From Candidatus Pacearchaeota archaeon (GTDB taxonomy: Archaea > Nanobdellota > Nanobdellia > Pacearchaeales > GW2011-AR1): 57,373 bases of DNA. Below, piece by piece: positions 54,079 to 57,373 of this stretch. Numbering within the stretch: the first letter of the stretch is position 1; each line of letters begins with the position of its first letter. A program made the translations under genes and the position numbers. Under the pieces are notes generated by a model, which was given only the letters and a program-made list of their open reading frames with translations, was not told the origin of the DNA and did not search any database. The stretch lies in NCBI GenBank assembly GCA_018303945.1, contig JAGVXD010000007.1, positions 1 through 57,373 of the forward strand. Reading direction: 5' to 3'.

Positions 54079-54777
54079 CTATTTTAGTGCCTTCTCGCAC
54101 TCATCTAAATTGTCCTCGAGCGCCTGAACTGATTTTAAGAATATATCCTTTGCGTCCATCTGACCGAAGGATTCTATGACAAATAATATCTCTGATGAAT
54201 CTTTAATAGCTTCATTGTCTAATGTATTTATTGCATCTATTTCTGCGTCGTTTAAATCGCAAATCCATTTAGAGCCATTCTTTTCAGGCTTGATAAAGCC
54301 CAACTTAGATTTTTGCACAATCTGATCTATTTGCGGTGATGAGAGTATTTCTTTTATATGCTTATAATAGCATAATCCCGGAACATATTTAGCGTGTGAA
54401 ATTCCCCTGCCAAGACTTGCAGTCGCCACCAGCTCAAGCTTATTGTTTCCAGACAATATTGTCAATGGAGTTTTAGGATAAATAACTTCTGCGTTGCCAT
54501 CCAAATCACCTGCATAGACTATTCCAGGTCCTATTTTAGATAATTTCAAGTCTATCTTTGTTTTTGATGAAATTGATTTTTCAGTCTTTAAAGCTACAAG
54601 CCCAAGACGATGAGCAAGCATCTCGTCGTAGATAGCAGAATCATTTTTGAATATCTCCACTTCATCTATTGCCAGTGTTGGAACTTCTGAAACGCTTCTT
54701 CGCAAAGCATTTGCCAATGGTTCATTTGCGTCGGTGCGAATAACCAGCAGCTGGGGAGTTTTTTGCACTATTTCCAT
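54079..54777 (-). CDS. rpoD: DNA-directed RNA polymerase subunit D (Rpo3)
   Basis: LANALRRSVSEVPTLAIDEVEIFKNDSAIYDEMLAHRLGLVAL matches the Rpo3/RpoD dimerisation-domain signature. Follows S11 as in archaeal operons. Confidence 0.85.
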   Translation of the reverse strand: MEIVQKTPQLLVIRTDANEPLANALRRSVSEVPTLAIDEVEIFKNDSAIYDEMLAHRLGLVALKTEKSISSKTKIDLKLSKIGPGIVYAGDLDGNAEVIYPKTPLTILSGNNKLELVATASLGRGISHAKYVPGLCYYKHIKEILSSPQIDQIVQKSKLGFIKPEKNGSKWICDLNDAEIDAINTLDNEAIKDSSEILFVIESFGQMDAKDIFLKSVQALEDNLDECEKALK

Positions 54778-54809
54778 GTTGTTATAATGTAAAAATGGCT
54801 TTTAAATCT

Positions 54810-55304
54810 TTAGACTCTTCGGCCACGCTTTCCTCCTTTCTTCTTTGGTCCTCCCCTAGGAACTCTTGTAGCGTCTAAAACGCTTATAATCTTGAATCCT
54901 TCCTTATCCAGACTTTTGACAGCGGCATGAGCCCCTGAACCAGTGCCTATGCTTCCAGTCTTGGCTCTGACTCGGACATAAAGACTTGTTATGCCTAAGT
55001 CCTTAGCCCTTTCTGCGGCGCGTTTAGCGATGAACATGGCAATTGTAGGATCAGCTTTGAGACGGCTATGTTTAGTAATCATTCCTCCGGATATTCGGCA
55101 TATAGTGTTGCCAGCTAAATCAGTTATATGCACTAAAGTATTATTTTGTGAAGTATATATGTATGCTATTGCCGCACGTTCATCTTTAACTTCTTCTGGT
55201 TTTATTTCCTCTACAATTGTAGTTTTAACATTTGATTTTGCCTCTGCCGATTCTGAAGAGGTTTCTTTAACACTTGTTTCTTCTTTTACTTCCTGCTTCT
55301 TCAT
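54810..55304 (-). CDS. rps11: 30S ribosomal protein uS11 (with N-terminal acidic extension)
   Basis: The core AIAYIYTSQNNTLVHITDLAGNT...GGMITKHSR... and the C-terminal RVPRGGPKKKGGKRGRRV are typical of uS11. Confidence 0.9.
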   Translation of the reverse strand: MKKQEVKEETSVKETSSESAEAKSNVKTTIVEEIKPEEVKDERAAIAYIYTSQNNTLVHITDLAGNTICRISGGMITKHSRLKADPTIAMFIAKRAAERAKDLGITSLYVRVRAKTGSIGTGSGAHAAVKSLDKEGFKIISVLDATRVPRGGPKKKGGKRGRRV

Positions 55305-55807
55305 TTTGCTGCCTCCTCTTCCTCAACTTCTGGCTTACCGGGAGCAATTTCTTTTTTCATTACATCCACGCCGACCTTTATCTTGTTCTCTTCTGAAATG
55401 CTGACAATATAACTTGGGATGTTAACTATTTTTCCATCTATTGTTACTTTCTTATGTGTGACCAATTGGCGTGCCTGACGCGAAGTATTTGCAAGACCCT
55501 TCCGCAATAACACGGTTGGCAGCCTGCGCTCCAGAATGTCTTCAATTTTAAGTGCGAGAACTTCTGATATTGTACTAGTCTTTAGCCCCAGATTTTGAAG
55601 CTTCCTGAAAAGAACTTCCTGCTCTTCCAGCGAAGATCTTGCCAGACTCTTTGCCCTTCTCCTGAAATATCCTAATTTTGCATTTGTCTTCCAGATTTCC
55701 TTCTTATTCTTTAGTCCATACTTTTCCTTTAGAATGTTTTCCTCTGCAATGCGGGAACTTTGATAAAGCTTTTTAGGGCGCACATACATTTTAGGTTTTC
55801 TAATCAT
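55301..55807 (-). CDS. rps4: 30S ribosomal protein uS4
   Basis: The N-terminal basic region, the YGLKNKKEIWK motif and the S4 RNA-binding domain (RLPTVLLRKGLANTSRQARQLVTHKKVTIDGKIV). Confidence 0.9.
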   Translation of the reverse strand: MIRKPKMYVRPKKLYQSSRIAEENILKEKYGLKNKKEIWKTNAKLGYFRRRAKSLARSSLEEQEVLFRKLQNLGLKTSTISEVLALKIEDILERRLPTVLLRKGLANTSRQARQLVTHKKVTIDGKIVNIPSYIVSISEENKIKVGVDVMKKEIAPGKPEVEEEEAAK

Positions 55808-56322
55808 TTTTTAACCGCCTTCTTCACTCCGCCACCAGTCAGTCTTTTTGCTCTGAAGTGAGATCTGGTTCTCTGGCCTCTTACCGGAAGCCTTGAAGCG
55901 TGTCTTATGCCTTTGTAACTCTTTATCTCCTTCATTCTCTTTATATCAAAGTCTCTCTTCATGTCTAAGTCTGTGCCATAGAAATGACCTGTCTCGCCTG
56001 TTTCTCTGTCTGAACGGCGGTTTTTCAAAAATTCTGGAATGTCTAATTTATCAAGAAACTCCTCAATTTTTACAATGTCCTCTTTTGACAAATCGCCTAT
56101 CTTTTTTGAACGTGAATAATTTAGCTTTATGCAAACGGCGTTGGAAATTGACCATGAGACGCCTTTAATTCTAGTCAATCCAGCGTATATATTTCTTGAA
56201 CCTTCTATATCATATCCGTAGATACGCACTAAAAATTCTGTATTTTCAATTGCTGCCGGCTTATGCTCTGATTTTGATTTCTCGCTCTTCTCTGACTTGC
56301 CTGTTTGTTTTTTTTCTGCCAT
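55804..56322 (-). CDS. rps13: 30S ribosomal protein uS13 (with N-terminal Lys/Ser/Glu extension)
   Basis: LVRIYGYDIEGSRNIYAGLTRIKGV... and the C-terminal KGIRHASRLPVRGQRTRSHFR are typical of uS13. Confidence 0.9.
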   Translation of the reverse strand: MAEKKQTGKSEKSEKSKSEHKPAAIENTEFLVRIYGYDIEGSRNIYAGLTRIKGVSWSISNAVCIKLNYSRSKKIGDLSKEDIVKIEEFLDKLDIPEFLKNRRSDRETGETGHFYGTDLDMKRDFDIKRMKEIKSYKGIRHASRLPVRGQRTRSHFRAKRLTGGGVKKAVKK

Positions 56323-56862
56323 TTAACGTACAAAAAGATTGAATCGCTGCTTTTCTGAAAGCTCCTCGAGCAATCTGCGCTCTATCGCTTTTTTTGGATC
56401 CGGAATGTTTTTCAATCTAGTTCTCATTTCCTCAAAAGACTCGAATGGCTTTTCCTCTCTCGCCTGCAAAAGCTCTTGCGTGTGCTTTCGACCAAATCCT
56501 GGAATAAGCTCTATCTGATGGAGTCTAGTATTAATGGCTTGGGCAGTGTTAAAGAAATCTATAAATTTCTTCTCCTGCTCCGCAACCACTTGTTCTATGA
56601 ACTCCTGCAGCTGGATCTTCGCAGTCTCTGTAAGTCTATCACGAGGAAGTCTCCCCGCGATATAGTATACTTTATCTCTCTTCTCCGGGCCTATATAAAC
56701 CTTTTCTTTTGGCACCAGCGTTATGCCTCTGCGAGGAACTAACTCTAGCAATGCTAAAGTCTTTTCTCCTATTGCTTGAGCTAGAGCGTTCGTCTTTCCG
56801 CCCATTGGATAACCGTAAGGCAAGTAATCTAGAATTATTGCATAATCTTCTTTCTCTGTCAT
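56323..56862 (-). CDS. DUF655/COG1491-type OB-fold + helix-hairpin-helix nucleic-acid-binding protein
   Basis: N-terminal YAIILDYLPYGYP and C-terminal HQIELIPGFGRKHTQELLQARE (HhH). Conserved position next to rpoF in archaea. Confidence 0.75.
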   Translation of the reverse strand: MTEKEDYAIILDYLPYGYPMGGKTNALAQAIGEKTLALLELVPRRGITLVPKEKVYIGPEKRDKVYYIAGRLPRDRLTETAKIQLQEFIEQVVAEQEKKFIDFFNTAQAINTRLHQIELIPGFGRKHTQELLQAREEKPFESFEEMRTRLKNIPDPKKAIERRLLEELSEKQRFNLFVR

Positions 56863-56866
56863 GATT

Positions 56867-57166
56867 TTAGTATTTCTTCACGAGCGCGAGAATAGCGTTC
56901 GACTCTTCCTCGGTCAAGCTTACTTCGAGGAAAATTTTATTTAGGTCTTCGGCATCGCGAGGCATAATGTCGAGAATCTTAAGAATCATCTCTTCGCGAA
57001 TCTTTGGATTATTAAGTGCGCGTATTTCTTCAGATAATTTTTCTGCATCTGCTGTTTCAAGCTTGCAGAATGCTTTTAAATAGTCATTCATTACTTTGTT
57101 CTCCTCAAAGCTAAAGCTATATTTTTTTACTTGTGCAAGTGCGAGAGGTGTCCTGTTTAATATCAT
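56867..57166 (-). CDS. rpoF: RNA polymerase subunit F (Rpo4)
   Basis: 99 aa. LALAQVKKY...NDYLKAFCKLETADAEKLSEEIRAL...ILKILDIMPRDAEDLNKIF fits the Rpb4/RpoF pattern. Lies in the synteny L21e-RpoF-DUF655. Confidence 0.7.
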   Translation of the reverse strand: MILNRTPLALAQVKKYSFSFEENKVMNDYLKAFCKLETADAEKLSEEIRALNNPKIREEMILKILDIMPRDAEDLNKIFLEVSLTEEESNAILALVKKY

Positions 57167-57373
57167 GCTGTCTGAATCCTCCTTAGATGAATTGGCTTTA
57201 AGATATAATATTTTGGCTTGTTAAGGTCTTTAATTTCCACACAATATGCTGTTCCTCTCTTTGCAATTACTTTTCCTGTCCTGCCCTGAACATTAAGAGA
57301 GTATCCAAACTTCTCACTGTGTTCTCTGACTACTGCTACAGAGTCTCCTGCCTTAAATTGCTGAAAATATCTC
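57163..57373 (-). CDS. rpl21e: 50S ribosomal protein eL21 (L21e), 5'-truncated by the window edge
   Basis: Hand translation ...RYFQQFKAGDSVAVVREHSEKFGYSLNVQGRTGKVIAKRGTAYCVEIKDLNKPKYYILKPIHLRRIQTA fits L21e (F..GD.V.i......G.p...hGrTG.V......a..V.v....K.i.v...HL). The TGA overlaps the rpoF ATG. Confidence 0.75.
   Translation of the reverse strand, partial: RYFQQFKAGDSVAVVREHSEKFGYSLNVQGRTGKVIAKRGTAYCVEIKDLNKPKYYILKPIHLRRIQTA

Noticed and set aside
54991-55404. 137-aa plus-strand ORF across the rps11/rps4 junction, plus similar antisense ORFs in tatD (29030-29611), abiEii (17293-17793), glmS, ileS and the S8 protease
   Set aside because: They are antisense to confidently identified genes, with hydrophobic or low-complexity composition typical of spurious frames.
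1-57373. CRISPR array or rRNA genes
   Set aside because: I found no series of regularly spaced 25-40-nt direct repeats anywhere, no cas-like genes, and no rRNA-like G+C-rich blocks.

Overview
AT-rich, tightly packed archaeal window. Evidence for archaeal origin: r-proteins eL18 and eL21, RNAP subunits Rpo3/D and Rpo4/F, an intron-containing tRNA, and TATA-box tRNA promoters. Many neighbouring genes overlap by ATGA. The compaction and gene content look DPANN-like, which is an inference. There are three blocks. (1) About 1.2-22.1 kb is a mobile/defence island, mostly on the minus strand. It holds a type I R-M operon (hsdR, RHH gene, hsdM, hsdS) that runs without gaps into an HNH protein and two envelope proteins. 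It also holds an integrated plasmid/provirus-like element (serine recombinase, prim-pol/helicase replicase, RHH, tyrosine integrase), an AbiEi/AbiEii pair with two extra coupled genes, and an AbrB/Cdc6-winged-helix fusion. The island further contains a ~360-nt G+C-rich, helix-dense non-coding stretch (candidate novel structured RNA), a 399-aa orphan and a frameshifted gene. (2) 22.3-43.2 kb is housekeeping: csp, PCD, ileS-like, TrmB, TatD, glmS, XerA-like and tRNA-Leu with intron. This block also carries large secreted proteins: an S8 protease with a C-terminal anchor module and a 1324-aa Cys-rich/acidic protein. (3) 43.5-57.4 kb is the canonical archaeal S13-S4-S11-RpoD / L18e-L13-S9 cluster. 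It is split by ~9.3 kb carrying a second tRNA-Leu and a three-gene surface-protein operon that includes a 1652-aa sequon-rich giant. I saw no CRISPR array and no rRNA. All calls come from reading the sequence and the ORF track by eye; no searches were run.
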